From the NCBI GenBank assembly GCA_943788175.1, contig CALSPG010000006.1:192001-256000 (forward strand): a DNA stretch of 64,000 bases. Direction: 5' to 3'. This DNA is from an uncultured bacterium (GTDB lineage: Bacteria > Fidelibacterota > Marinisomatia > Marinisomatales > UBA1611). The translations under genes and the position numbers were made by a program. The notes beneath the pieces were generated by a model that saw only the letters and a program-made list of their open reading frames with translations, was not told where the DNA came from and did not search any database. Position 1 is the stretch's first letter, and the number at the start of each line of letters is the position of its first letter. Shown in pieces: positions 9,321 through 21,085 of the stretch.

Positions 9321-10058
9321 TTAAGAAGTAATGTGTTTTAAAGCGGGAATTTCATTGATATCTTTTCCAAGATAATCAATTTCAAATTTGACTGATGGAT
9401 ACAACTCATGCTTAGGGAAATTATCTAAAAATACTTGATATTCTTTACGAGCTGAATCGAAATCTTTTAAGACATTCGCATATATGTAGCCTATCATAAA
9501 CTGCGCAAGTGCCTCTTCTTTAGAGCCAATGTATTTAGATAGAACAATTCGATATTCTGTTAATGCTTTTTCAAAATCTCTTAGATCATTCATATAAATA
9601 TCACCAACTATATACTGAGCTTTAGATGCCAATTCGTGTTTAGGAAAGTTTTTAACTAAGTAGTCGAGGTTATTAATCGACTCCATTGTCATTTTCCTTT
9701 TTCTCAACGTTTCAGCATTATTTATAATCCATCCCTGAAAAGCTTCTTTTTCTTTTTTTGCCTGCTTAGAATGCAAAGAATTTGGGTAGTTATTAATTGT
9801 TTTTTCAAGTGCTTCGATAAGATTTCCAGGGTCGTTTTTCCAATTTTTATATATGCTTGCTAATTTGTATTGTGCATATGAAGCAAGACTATCATTGGGG
9901 TATTTATCTAAAAGAGTATTTAAATTTTTAATAGCATCATCTTCCTGATTTTTATCAAGATTTGATTGCGCAAGATTAATTAAATCGGGCGCATTTTTTG
10001 CACATGAAATAAAAAGCATCAGAACAGGTAATATTAATAAGTTTTTAGATATATTCAT
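9321..10058 (-). CDS. TPR lipoprotein, BamD/CpoB-like
   Basis: Lipobox-like FISC; repeated KYPND/NYPNS/NFPKH turns and AQY/AQF TPR helices. Confidence 0.72.
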   Translation of the reverse strand: MNISKNLLILPVLMLFISCAKNAPDLINLAQSNLDKNQEDDAIKNLNTLLDKYPNDSLASYAQYKLASIYKNWKNDPGNLIEALEKTINNYPNSLHSKQAKKEKEAFQGWIINNAETLRKRKMTMESINNLDYLVKNFPKHELASKAQYIVGDIYMNDLRDFEKALTEYRIVLSKYIGSKEEALAQFMIGYIYANVLKDFDSARKEYQVFLDNFPKHELYPSVKFEIDYLGKDINEIPALKHITS

Positions 10059-10155
10059 TTTATTTGTTCTATTTAATTTGAATTAATTTAATATCAAATT
10101 TTAAGGATAACATTAATAACAAAATAAGATATTTTAAGTTCCAAAATATATTCAA

Positions 10156-12003
10156 TTAAAATAGATATTGCACTCCAAAATTAATTTTTCCATTACTAAA
10201 AATGACTTTATTATCTATGCTAGGGATTGCATAATCAAACCTCACTGGCCCAAGTGGAGTTGCAAAAGTAAAACCAATCCCAACATCCCAACCCAATTTG
10301 CTTTTTACTAATTTATCAAAATTTTCAGAAAGAATGCCACCATCATAAAATAATGTCAACCCTAAGTTCTGATTAAATTGATGACGAAACTCTGAATTTA
10401 TAAGTAACCTATGTGTTCCACCCTTTGGGATATTTGTTTGATCATTAACAGTACTATATTTTAAAATTTCCCACCCTCTCATATTTGAACTTCCACCTAA
10501 ATAAAATTTTTCATAGCTATAATCGATATAAGAACTTTCCCAGAACCAAAATCTCCCTATTTTAAACCTTGTAGCCAAAACAGATTTTTTTGATATTCTT
10601 AAATACTTATTAAAAGAAATATCAATTTTATAATAATCTCTAGCACCACCTAAAAAATATCCCGTTGACTTAAAATAAAGATCTAATAAATATCCTGTTT
10701 TTGGAAATAACGGATCATCTTTTTTATCTATGTGCAATCTGAAAGAGAGTGATCTTTGTTGTAGATTTTTTATTGAATTAGTATTGCTCGATTGATCTAA
10801 TGCATTCACGCTATTATTGTCACTAAAATTTTCCCAAACAGTTGTGTTTTGAAAATACGATCTTTCATCAATCATAATTCTTTGTAGCATCTCAACTCCA
10901 TACCGCTCTACACGGTCAATATTTTCTTGATCATAATTTATTAATGTTTCATAAAAGCTATTTAGCTTAGTAGGCCAACGTATGCCAAAAATCCAATTTG
11001 AATCAAAACCGATATCATAACGAAGTCTTGGTAAATTAAAATTTGTTTCCCATGGAAACCCTACTAAAAACTTTGTAGAAAAATTTGAGTTGGTATTAAA
11101 AATCGACCTGTTTCGCCATTCTATAAAACCACCTAAAGAGGGTAATGGATCTAATCCTTCATAAAATTCTATTGGCTCAAAGCCACCGACTGATAACCAT
11201 TCTCTTTGCTTATATTCATTTAAGGATATGACCATATTTACTATCGAATCTGAATCTGTAACTTTCACTGGAGTAATATTTATAAGAGAATAAATATCAG
11301 TCTCTTTTAATCTTCTCTTAGACTTTTCTACCTTATCAGGATCAAAATAATCACCCTTTTTATAAATCAATTCTCTTTCTACTAGAACACCATCTTTAGA
11401 AGCAATGCCTTCAATATATGTTTTCCCAATAAATACATCTTTACCTTCTTGAATATTTATATTAATTGCAACTGAATCACCTATAATTGGCTCTATTTCT
11501 ATTAATGAAAATAATTTTGAAAAAAGTTCCAATTTTTTTTGCAAACTCGCAACCCTCTCGTTAAGTAAAACACTATTAAAAGGATCATTTTTAAATAGTT
11601 TAAGTGTCCGTTGAATTTCATGAGAAGATAGACTCAAGTTGCCACTAATGTTTACTTCAGAAATAAAAAATTGTTTTCCTTCACTAACATTAAAAACAAT
11701 ATCAGCTTCATTATTGTGAAATGATGCAGATTCTTTAACATCTGCCAATAAAAAACCTTTAGAAATAAAATAATTTTTTAAAGTCAAGGCATCCATTTTT
11801 AAAAGGCGATTATTAAATGGCCTACCTTTGAATGTAAAAGAGAAATTTGACGGCCGTTGTCTGAGCAATGGCATTAGCTCTTTCTTTTTTATAGATTTAT
11901 TTCCATCAATGCTGACAGACTTGATCTTAATTGCTTCTTCCTGAGCAATAAGATTACAAAAGATTGAAAAGCCTAAAATGGCGATGTAAAAATATTTTAT
12001 CAC
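10156..12003 (-). CDS. Omp85 family outer-membrane protein (TamA/BamA-like)
   Basis: POTRA-like repeats, FYLGGSSNMRGW, TPLGPVRFDYA, C-terminal Phe. Confidence 0.88.
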   Translation of the reverse strand: MIKYFYIAILGFSIFCNLIAQEEAIKIKSVSIDGNKSIKKKELMPLLRQRPSNFSFTFKGRPFNNRLLKMDALTLKNYFISKGFLLADVKESASFHNNEADIVFNVSEGKQFFISEVNISGNLSLSSHEIQRTLKLFKNDPFNSVLLNERVASLQKKLELFSKLFSLIEIEPIIGDSVAININIQEGKDVFIGKTYIEGIASKDGVLVERELIYKKGDYFDPDKVEKSKRRLKETDIYSLINITPVKVTDSDSIVNMVISLNEYKQREWLSVGGFEPIEFYEGLDPLPSLGGFIEWRNRSIFNTNSNFSTKFLVGFPWETNFNLPRLRYDIGFDSNWIFGIRWPTKLNSFYETLINYDQENIDRVERYGVEMLQRIMIDERSYFQNTTVWENFSDNNSVNALDQSSNTNSIKNLQQRSLSFRLHIDKKDDPLFPKTGYLLDLYFKSTGYFLGGARDYYKIDISFNKYLRISKKSVLATRFKIGRFWFWESSYIDYSYEKFYLGGSSNMRGWEILKYSTVNDQTNIPKGGTHRLLINSEFRHQFNQNLGLTLFYDGGILSENFDKLVKSKLGWDVGIGFTFATPLGPVRFDYAIPSIDNKVIFSNGKINFGVQYLF

Positions 12004-12027
12004 GTATTATTTATCTTTTATATAGAA

Positions 12028-15000
12028 CTAATAAGCGTATCTGTAACGATACTTAAGATGTAAGTTACCCTTATCATCCATGTTCCCTACAAGAGATAAA
12101 TTACGATTTAATTTATATTCTACACCAATTTGTAATTGATCAGGGTTTGTAAGCGAAAATGATTTTTTATAGGATAAATTCGCATATGTTTTACTTCCAA
12201 ATTTCTTTTTAGCAGAAATCTTAAAATCTTCTAATTCATTTCGCTCGCTAGCAGATAAGTTTTGACCACTTATAAAACTAGCAGTTCCTGAAACATCAAT
12301 TTCATCAGGTTTAAGCAATTTTAGAGAAGACATCTCTTCAAGATTTTTCTCTAATTGAGTTTCAAGTAGCGAGCCAAGAACTGAAGTTGCTTGAACACCA
12401 AACCCGTTAGACAACATTGATTGATCTTCAAATCTAGAGCCAAAAGTTAATAATTCTATAATATCACTCTCAGAGAACCCGCTTGATGATTCAAGTACTA
12501 GGTCTGCATTATCTAAATCACCTTTGACTCGAAGTCTTATTTCTTCATCAGCTATCGTTGTAGAAGCTATTAAGTCCATATCGGGGTTTATACCATTATT
12601 GTCAAAATAGACATAACCATTTAGGCCTGAAAAATTATCTTTAAATGATAGAATTGAGCCGTCATCGATAAATACTTCACCCCCAATATTCCAAAAATCA
12701 TTCCCGGTTTTTGATAGGCTAATCTCTCCAATCATTATTGCATCAACCTGTGAATTTTGAAATCGCCCTTCATTTTTTATAGGAACATTTATGCTGTATG
12801 ACATAATAATTCCATCGTTAGTTACTAACCTTTCTCCTACGTCTTCAGATATAAATTCATGGAAAAGAGTCATATCAGCTACCTCAACGAGCCCAGTAAT
12901 GTTAACAGTATCTTTTCCAAAAACTTTTACATTAATTGAATCGACAACGCCAACCAGATCTATTGGCATTGCTTCTATATAAATGTTTTTATTATTTATT
13001 GAATTAACTGTAATATTGTAGTCAGGTTCAAAAAATTTAGAAAAATCTATGCTCCCAGAAACCATAATATTATCGTGATCTTCATTTGATTTTTTATTAT
13101 TATCTACTGAAGCACCATTCATATAACTAATTACTAATTCATTCTTTTTTAATAACGCATTTCCATCAACACTTGTAATAGGATTATCTAATAATGTTGT
13201 AAAAACACTCGAATTAGAAATTGAAATATTACCATTTCTTATTATCGATTTTGCATTCCCGCTTAAGGAAAGATTAATGCTAACATCGCCTCTTATAGAG
13301 TCCAACTCTGAAACATACGAACTCAAAAAGAACATTGATTTTAAATAAGCAGAAGCTTGATAATCGATTGGTGCTTGTTCAAAAAATTGACCAAAATTAT
13401 TAGAGCCCAAATTTAAATCAAATGGAATATCTCCCTTAGACTTTATACTTTCAAACCCATTAAGTGAGTTAGCATATTCGACAGATAATAACTTACCACT
13501 ATAAAAACCTTTGCTTTTCACCTTACCAAGTTGTAGCCGATCAAAAACTGCGTTTTTAATAGACACATTATAATCGATTTCAGTTTTTTCTAATTTCCCG
13601 CCAATTTTTAATTCTCCTGATGCAATCCCTTCTAAATTGAAAAATTTTGGTATTAGCCTATGAACCATTGAAAGAGGCAAATCTTTGAATGTTGCATTTA
13701 AAGAAACATCTGCTTGTTTCGATGGTGCTTTTGTCGTGGGTAAGATACCAGAAAGTTGAAAACCTAAGGTTGTATCGCTAGTAAAAGAAAAATCATCAAT
13801 TATGACATTACCAGAATTCAACATAAAAGAAAGAGTCATTTGGTCATAACTATTTCCAAGATATGATCCTTTTTTTAGAGCAACATCAACATCATATTTT
13901 AATTTTTTCCCATAATCTTGAAAAGAAATTTCACCAAAGACTATTCCCGATAAATCCAAATATTTATTATCCATAAATTGAGTTATGACATTAGCATCAA
14001 AGTTAGACATTTTTAATCTGCCCTCAGAACTCGAACCAAAAGTTAAAACGCCATCTAAAATACCATCATTGATATGGATTTCAAACGGATCAACTGATAC
14101 TGCACTATCTTGATACATTACAAAAATTGGCTTAGCATTAACAAGATAATTATTTTGATAAGCTGATTGAACCCTATCAATCTTATATTTATTTTTTGAA
14201 AGCCATGAACCAGATATAAGTAAATAATCATTGCCAGCTTTGAAATGGCAATTCTCGATAATCATTCTATTTTTAGAAAAAGATATATCCAATGTCCCAG
14301 AATCAAAATTTTCACTCCTCCATTTCCCTCCATCAATTTTAAGATTCACGAAACCAGATGGAAAATCTGAATCAGACTCCATCTCAGAATGAAAATTAAT
14401 TGCTCTCATTGAAAAATCTTTATACCTGATATTTTGACAGTTCAAATCAGCAACGACATCTGGCTTATCAATTGTCCCTCTAATAATAAGCTTTCCAGTG
14501 GCCACTCCACCTTTAAATTCATCCATCCAAAAATTATTTATTATCTCAATATCTGCATTTTCTAATTCAGATATAATATTAACACTCCGTGTTTTTAAAT
14601 CAACTTCACCATCAATGGATAAAATACTCTCTCCAATGATTAACATAACAGGGTCAACAGTAGAAATAGTGCTATCACTGTATAGAATAGTCCCATGAAA
14701 AGAACTTTCATCACTCATTAAGACTCCGTATTCTGCAACTTCTAGAGTTAATTCAATATTTTCGAGTGCATTGTTTTTATTCATTGAGCCTTCTAAAATT
14801 GCCATTCCAGAAAGTAATGTGGCTTCTTGCTCAATTAACCAGCGACTTAAATCAAGGCTATCTAAGTAAAAATAACCACTGATTCGTTGATCTTTTTCCC
14901 ACACTCCATTTACTCTTAAATTTGAATCCTCACCATTCAATTTTAAAGATTTTAGCAAAATATTATCTTCGGATTTAACAATATCAATATTTCCCGCCAT

Positions 15001-15828
15001 TTTAAGACCAAGTTCATTTGAAATAGATAACTCGCCACTAAGATTACCTTTAATCGAATGAAAGTCTACCTTTCCAGAAATTTTTTCAAATTTCCCTTTC
15101 AAAGGTGTTTTACTAAATAATTCTTTTGATATAGCAAATTCTGCTATATCAAGTGAACCGAAAATTTTTTCTTCTTTTTCAAGATAAAGCATTTTACCAT
15201 TTACAGGAGCATTACCAATTTTCCCTGAAAAATTTTTTACAATTAGGCTGTCATTATTAGTAATTAAATCGAAGTCATCCATTTGAAACAATATAGAACT
15301 ATCACCCTCATTTTTTAAACTCAATCTGCTTAAGTCTAATTTCAGTTCATCTTTCAATAAAACCTTTCCTTCAACATAACCGTTAAAGAACAATATTTCT
15401 TTTTGAAATTGTATTGGTATTTGCCCTCCAACCGAGAACCTATCAACCCTAATTGGAAATTTTTGAATTTTAAGAATATTGCTCTCGAAAGACTGTCTAG
15501 TTGAATCTATTAAAATTCCTTCAATAAATATTTTATCAAAAGATATGACACCAAATAATGAATAAGCATAATCAACATTAATTGTGAAATTGTCTATAAA
15601 TATATTGCCAAAAGAAGGATGTGTAACCTGCAATTCTCGCCCTTTTATATCTGATAATAAATTACCAGACATGCTAACCGATTGAACACTTATATCAAAT
15701 TTATTTAGCGCGTTATTTACCTGTTTTATTATAAAAGGCTGCCAAAAAAAAGAATAACTGAAAAAGTATAGAACTAGAATGCCAAAAAAGGCATATAATA
15801 CTTTTGATGTTTTAATTTTATGAAACAT
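12028..15828 (-). CDS. TamB/AsmA-like translocation and assembly module protein
   Basis: 1266 aa, N-terminal TM anchor, beta-rich body, DUF490-like C-terminus (GVEYKLNRNLSL...YRYAY); next to Omp85. Confidence 0.78.
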   Translation of the reverse strand: MFHKIKTSKVLYAFFGILVLYFFSYSFFWQPFIIKQVNNALNKFDISVQSVSMSGNLLSDIKGRELQVTHPSFGNIFIDNFTINVDYAYSLFGVISFDKIFIEGILIDSTRQSFESNILKIQKFPIRVDRFSVGGQIPIQFQKEILFFNGYVEGKVLLKDELKLDLSRLSLKNEGDSSILFQMDDFDLITNNDSLIVKNFSGKIGNAPVNGKMLYLEKEEKIFGSLDIAEFAISKELFSKTPLKGKFEKISGKVDFHSIKGNLSGELSISNELGLKMAGNIDIVKSEDNILLKSLKLNGEDSNLRVNGVWEKDQRISGYFYLDSLDLSRWLIEQEATLLSGMAILEGSMNKNNALENIELTLEVAEYGVLMSDESSFHGTILYSDSTISTVDPVMLIIGESILSIDGEVDLKTRSVNIISELENADIEIINNFWMDEFKGGVATGKLIIRGTIDKPDVVADLNCQNIRYKDFSMRAINFHSEMESDSDFPSGFVNLKIDGGKWRSENFDSGTLDISFSKNRMIIENCHFKAGNDYLLISGSWLSKNKYKIDRVQSAYQNNYLVNAKPIFVMYQDSAVSVDPFEIHINDGILDGVLTFGSSSEGRLKMSNFDANVITQFMDNKYLDLSGIVFGEISFQDYGKKLKYDVDVALKKGSYLGNSYDQMTLSFMLNSGNVIIDDFSFTSDTTLGFQLSGILPTTKAPSKQADVSLNATFKDLPLSMVHRLIPKFFNLEGIASGELKIGGKLEKTEIDYNVSIKNAVFDRLQLGKVKSKGFYSGKLLSVEYANSLNGFESIKSKGDIPFDLNLGSNNFGQFFEQAPIDYQASAYLKSMFFLSSYVSELDSIRGDVSINLSLSGNAKSIIRNGNISISNSSVFTTLLDNPITSVDGNALLKKNELVISYMNGASVDNNKKSNEDHDNIMVSGSIDFSKFFEPDYNITVNSINNKNIYIEAMPIDLVGVVDSINVKVFGKDTVNITGLVEVADMTLFHEFISEDVGERLVTNDGIIMSYSINVPIKNEGRFQNSQVDAIMIGEISLSKTGNDFWNIGGEVFIDDGSILSFKDNFSGLNGYVYFDNNGINPDMDLIASTTIADEEIRLRVKGDLDNADLVLESSSGFSESDIIELLTFGSRFEDQSMLSNGFGVQATSVLGSLLETQLEKNLEEMSSLKLLKPDEIDVSGTASFISGQNLSASERNELEDFKISAKKKFGSKTYANLSYKKSFSLTNPDQLQIGVEYKLNRNLSLVGNMDDKGNLHLKYRYRYAY

Positions 15829-15881
15829 AAATACAATTCATAATTATAAACTACTTAGAGATGGAGGAGTTCCAAAAACAA

Positions 15882-15909
15882 AAAAAGCGTTCATAATAGA
15901 ACGCTTTTT
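15882..15909 (-). terminator. Intrinsic terminator after dnaK (bidirectional shape)
   Basis: AAAAAGCGTTC-ataata-GAACGCTTTTT hairpin ~20 nt past the dnaK stop, followed by a U tract. Confidence 0.85.
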
Positions 15910-15930
15910 GCAACGAATAGACTGAGAAAT

Positions 15931-17826
15931 TCAATCAACTACTTCAAAATCAGCATCTTCAATTTCATCTTTACTTTTACTTTTTTTCGTACCTTCAGAT
16001 TTTGCGCTTTGTTCAGTCGCATCCGGTTCTTCTGGCTGGTGTAATTTTGAAGCAACTTGAGACCAAGATTTATTTAACTCTTCGAGCGCCTTTTTCATAT
16101 CAGCAACATTACCACTTTCTTTAGACTTTTTAAGATGGTCTAACTTTTCATTAATCATGGATTTATCTTCGCTTGATAACTTATCATCATTTTCTTTAAT
16201 ACTCTTTTCAATCTCATAAATGAGATGCTCAGATTGGTTAGAAATATCTATTTTTTCTCTCTTTTCTTTATCTTTCTGCTCGTTTTTCTTAGAGTCATTT
16301 ATCATTTTTTCTATTTCTGCTTCTGATATTCCGCTCGAAGCTTCAATTCTAATACTTTGCTCTTTACCTGTTGCCTTATCTTGAGCACCAACATTCAAAA
16401 TACCATTCGCATCTATATCAAATGTCACCTCTATTTGTGGAACACCTCTGGGTGATGGCGGGATGTCTGCTAGATGAAATCTTCCAATTGTTTTATTATC
16501 CGAAGCCATTTCTCTTTCACCTTGTAGAACATGAATTTCAACAGTGGTTTGATTGTCAGCTGCGGTACTAAAAACCTGTGACTTTTTTGTTGGTATTGTT
16601 GTGTTACGCTCAATTAGTTTTGTTGAAACAGAACCCAATGTTTCTATTCCCAGAGAAAGCGGGGTAACATCGAGCAATAATACATCATCAACATCACCAG
16701 CTAAAACACCACCCTGTATTGCAGCGCCTAAGGCAACTACTTCATCTGGATTTACACTTTTATTTGGTTCTTTACCAAAGATTTCTTTCACTTTTTCTTG
16801 AATACTAGGTATACGAGTAGAACCTCCAACAAGGATAACTTCATCGATGTCAGAAGCATTTAAACCAGCATCAGACATAGCTTTTTTGCATGGATCAATA
16901 GTGCGATCAACAAGATCATTTACAAGCTCGTCAAATTTAGCTCTGGTTAAATTTAGATTTAGATGTTTCGGACCAGATGCATCTGCAGTGACAAAAGGTA
17001 GGTTTATATCTGTTTGCTTTGATGAAGAAAGTTCTTTTTTTGCAGCTTCTCCGGCCTCCTTTAATCTTTGAAGCGCCATTGGATCTTCTCGGAGGTCTAT
17101 CCCATCACTCTTTTTAAATTCTTCAGCAATCCAATTGATGACTTTTTGATCAAAGTCATCTCCACCTAAATGCCCATCACCATTAGATGCTTTTACTTCA
17201 AAAACACCATCACCGAGTTCTAGTATAGAAACATCAAATGTCCCTCCGCCTAGATCAAAAACAGCAATTTTTTCATCTTTTTTCTTGTCCATGCCATATG
17301 CCAGCGCTGCAGCTGTGGGTTCATTAATAATACGCCTGACATTGAGACCCGCGATTTTTCCAGCGTCTTTAGTAGCTTGCCTTTGTGAGTCATTAAAGTA
17401 AGCGGGGACAGTAATAACTGCATCTGATATTTTACTACCCAAATATTCTTCAGCGTCTTGTTTTAATTTTTGTAAAACCATGGCACTAATTTCAGGAGGA
17501 GTATATTCTTTCCCATTTGCTTTAACGATGACAGCGCCATTCGAATTCTTATCAACATTATATGGTACCTCAGAAATTTCATTACTGACTTCTTTAAACA
17601 TCCTACCCATAAATCTTTTGATGGAGAAGATTGTGTTTTCTGGGTTCGTGACAGCTTGTCTTTTAGCTGTTTGACCAACAAGCCTATCCTCATCTTTAGA
17701 AAAAGCTACAACTGAAGGCGTCGTCCTACCACCTTCAGGATTTGTAATTACTGTTGGTTCACCACCTTCAAGCACAGATACGCATGAATTAGTAGTACCT
17801 AAATCAATCCCAATTATTTTAGACAT
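15931..17826 (-). CDS. dnaK: Chaperone DnaK (Hsp70)
   Basis: [35 protein letters not shown] tail. Confidence 0.99.
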   Translation of the reverse strand: MSKIIGIDLGTTNSCVSVLEGGEPTVITNPEGGRTTPSVVAFSKDEDRLVGQTAKRQAVTNPENTIFSIKRFMGRMFKEVSNEISEVPYNVDKNSNGAVIVKANGKEYTPPEISAMVLQKLKQDAEEYLGSKISDAVITVPAYFNDSQRQATKDAGKIAGLNVRRIINEPTAAALAYGMDKKKDEKIAVFDLGGGTFDVSILELGDGVFEVKASNGDGHLGGDDFDQKVINWIAEEFKKSDGIDLREDPMALQRLKEAGEAAKKELSSSKQTDINLPFVTADASGPKHLNLNLTRAKFDELVNDLVDRTIDPCKKAMSDAGLNASDIDEVILVGGSTRIPSIQEKVKEIFGKEPNKSVNPDEVVALGAAIQGGVLAGDVDDVLLLDVTPLSLGIETLGSVSTKLIERNTTIPTKKSQVFSTAADNQTTVEIHVLQGEREMASDNKTIGRFHLADIPPSPRGVPQIEVTFDIDANGILNVGAQDKATGKEQSIRIEASSGISEAEIEKMINDSKKNEQKDKEKREKIDISNQSEHLIYEIEKSIKENDDKLSSEDKSMINEKLDHLKKSKESGNVADMKKALEELNKSWSQVASKLHQPEEPDATEQSAKSEGTKKSKSKDEIEDADFEVVD

Positions 17827-17868
17827 AATATTTCTCCAAAAAATTTAAAAGTTACTTAGCTAAATCAC

Positions 17869-17883
17869 GCAAGCAATATTCCA
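17869..17883 (-). promoter_or_regulatory. Putative sigma-54-type (-24/-12) promoter of dnaK
   Basis: Minus strand TGGAAT-ATTGC-TTGC has exact GG-N10-GC spacing, ~45 nt upstream of the start. Confidence 0.45.
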
Positions 17884-17961
17884 CTGACGAGAATAGTACT
17901 ATTTGTCATATTATAATTCAGGCTCTCACAATTTGTCAGTAATATTTATACTGTTTTGTCT

Positions 17962-20410
17962 CTATGCTTTCTTTAAAGGTGGCTTTTTTTTGATATACGA
18001 GAACTTAAACTGATCTTTAATTGCATCAATTTTTATAAGAGTACCAATTTGGAAATTACGTTTCAACAAAGCCTCAGAAAGGTGATCTTCAATGGACAGT
18101 TGAATTTCACGCTTTAATGGCCTGGCTCCATATTTAGGTTTATAGCCTCGCTTTCCTAATAATCTTTTTGCTGCTACAGAGACTCTAATCTTTAATCCTA
18201 TTTTTGAAAGGTTATCATGTAAACTAGCAAGCTGCAGATCAATAATTTCAAAAATGTCTTTTTCGCTAAGCGAGTGAAATACTATTCTTTCATCTATTCT
18301 GTTTATTAATTCTGGTGAAAATGTATTATCAACTGATTTCATTATTTTTGATTCTATTGATTTTTGATTATGAGATGTTAGCTTACTTCCAAAACCTAAA
18401 TTATTTACTGATAGCTCCTTTGAGCCAAGGTTAGAGGTCATGATTATTATAGTATTGCTGAAATCAACCTTACGACCAAAACCGTCAGTTAAAACTCCAT
18501 CGTCAAAAATTTGCAACATAATATTAAAAAGATCTGGATGTGCTTTTTCAACTTCGTCGAATAATACGACAGAATAAGGGTTTCTTCTAATTTTTTCAGT
18601 TAACTCTCCACCCTCCTCATGACCAACATAACCAGGAGGAGCCCCAATTAGCCTTGATAAAGAAAATTTTTCACCAAATTCTGACATATCGATTTTGACC
18701 AAAGATTCTGTATGACTAAATAAATAATTTGCTAAAACTTTTGCGAGTTCTGTTTTACCAACTCCAGTTGGACCAAGAAAAAGAAAAACACCAATTGGCT
18801 TAGAGGGATCTTTTAATCCTGTTCTCGCCCTGCGAATTGCTTTCGCAACACTTTGAATAGCCTTCTTTTGACCAATTATAAATTGGCTAAGGCTTTCTGG
18901 AAGGTTCAAAAGTTTATTACTTTCGGTTTCAGCTACTTTATTTACAGGGATTCCTGTAATAAGAGAAACTACATCCGCAACATGCTCTGAAGAAATACTA
19001 TGCGCATTTACTTTTGTTTTTTCATTCCAAGTTTTTTGAGCATTACTAAGTTTCTCTAATAATTTGCGTTCTTTATCACGAAGAACTGCAGCTTCTTCAA
19101 ATTTTTGTTTTGTTACTTTGATTTCCTTTTTTGACCTTAATGATTCAACTTGTTTTTCTATTGAAATAATATTTTTTTGGAACTTCGTCATTAAACATTT
19201 GCGCTCTAGCACCAACCTCGTCAAGAATGTCAATGGCTTTATCAGGTAAAAATCTATCTGTTATATATCTTTCAGATAACTGAACACAAGCTTCAATAGC
19301 ATCATTTGAATATTTTACATTATGATGCTCTTCATATCTGTCTTTCAAACCCATGAGTATTTCAATAGATTCATTTACTGACGGAGCATTGATAATAATT
19401 TTTTGGAAACGCCTTTCTAAAGCTCCATCTTTTTCAATATGTTGGCGATATTCGTTTAATGTAGTTGCTCCGATACAATGTAAATCACCTCTAGCTAAAG
19501 AGGGCTTAAACATATTTGATGCATCTAATGACCCAGAGGCTCCACCAGCTCCGACTAAAGTATGAAGTTCATCAATAAAAACAATAAGGTTCTTTCGAGA
19601 TTCCAGCTCATTCATAATATTTTTTAAACGTTCTTCGAACTGACCGCGATATTTTGTGCCCGAAACCAAAGCAGCTAAGTCTAGAGATAATATTCTTTTA
19701 TTATGTAATAATCTTGGAACTGTTTTTCTTACAATCCTCTGAGCTAGTCCCTCAATTATAGCAGTTTTCCCAACCCCAGGCTCTCCAATAAGCACCGGGT
19801 TGTTTTTCTTTCTTCTTGCTAATACTTGAGCTACTCTTTCAATCTCTTTTTCTCGACCGATAACTGGATCAAGCTTTCCTTTTTTCGCAAGCCTAGTAAT
19901 ATCTCTAGAGAAATGATCTAATGTAGGCGTTTTTTCTTCACTCTTAATACTTTCAGAGTTATAAAAATCATCCTTGTCAGAATTTTCACCATCTATTAGT
20001 TCGCAAACAGTATCAAAATCGAGATCTAGTGAATGAAGAACCTCATAGATGATACCTTCTTTTTCTCTTAACATCGCTAACAACAGATGCTCATCATCGG
20101 CCACATTACTATTTCGAGAAGAAGCTTCAAGATATGCATTTTTTAATACTCTTTCAGCTCTCATGCTTAGGGGTAAATGCCCGAGTGATATTGTGCTATC
20201 AGAACTACTAATTAAATCTTCAATCATTTTTACAATCGATTTAGCATTAACATCATAAAGCTCAAAAATCTTGAAAGATATACCAGCTTTAATTTTTAAT
20301 AGGCCTATCAATAGATGCTCAGAACCAACATATGAATGACCTAGGCGTATAGCTTCTTCTTTTGCTAGTTTTAGTATCGCTTGTAATTTCTTAGAAAAAT
20401 TTTTCTTCAT
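17962..20410 (-). CDS. clpC: ClpC ATPase, split by one extra base in an A7 run (19172-19178)
   Basis: Clp-N repeats, [11 protein letters not shown] motif [17 protein letters not shown], ClpP-docking LGF loop; ~815 aa when rejoined. Confidence 0.92.
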
Positions 20411-20411
20411 T

Positions 20412-21085
20412 TTATCTCTTAAATAAGGTTTTTGACTTTAGTTCATATTTATCACTGCCCATATTTGCAATGCGCGGATTGTGAGTGGTTAATACAATGG
20501 ATGTGCCTAAATTTCTATTAATTGACTCAAAAAGGTCAATTAGTTTCATTGAGTTTTTTTCATCTAAGTTTCCAGAAGGTTCATCAGCAAAGAGAACTTT
20601 AGGATCATTAATTATAGATCGGAGAATAGCTGCTCTCTGTTTTTCCCCACCAGAAATTTCATTAGGATATTTATGACTTATTTTTTCTAATCCAAAATTT
20701 TTTAATAATTCATCTACTTTTTTATCTTTTCCATAATCTTTATTTATCCACGCAGGCATTAAAATATTTTCACGCACATTAAAATCAGGCAATAAATGAT
20801 GAAATTGAAAAATAAAACCAATGCTAGAATTCCTAATAAACATAACTGCTTTTCTGAAAAATTTTTAATATTACTACCCTTAATATTCAATTCACCTTTA
20901 TCGAAAACGTCTAAAGAACTTAATACATTTAATAATGTTGATTTACCGGCCCCAGACTCTCCAATAATAGAAATAATACTATTTTCACGAATTTGGATGT
21001 TAATGTTATCTAGAACTACTAGTCGGCCTTTCCCATTTTGATATGTCTTTACTAAATCTTTTGCTTCTATAATTATTTTACCCAT
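20412..21085 (-). CDS. lolD: Lipoprotein-releasing ABC ATPase, split by one missing base near 20830-20865
   Basis: GESGAGKST in one frame; [19 protein letters not shown] and ADEPSGNLD in the other; downstream of two LolC/E genes. Confidence 0.88.

Noticed and set aside
17962-20410. ClpB, or two separate Clp genes
   Set aside because: Short UVR middle domain and LGF loop indicate ClpC; the halves join by removing one base.
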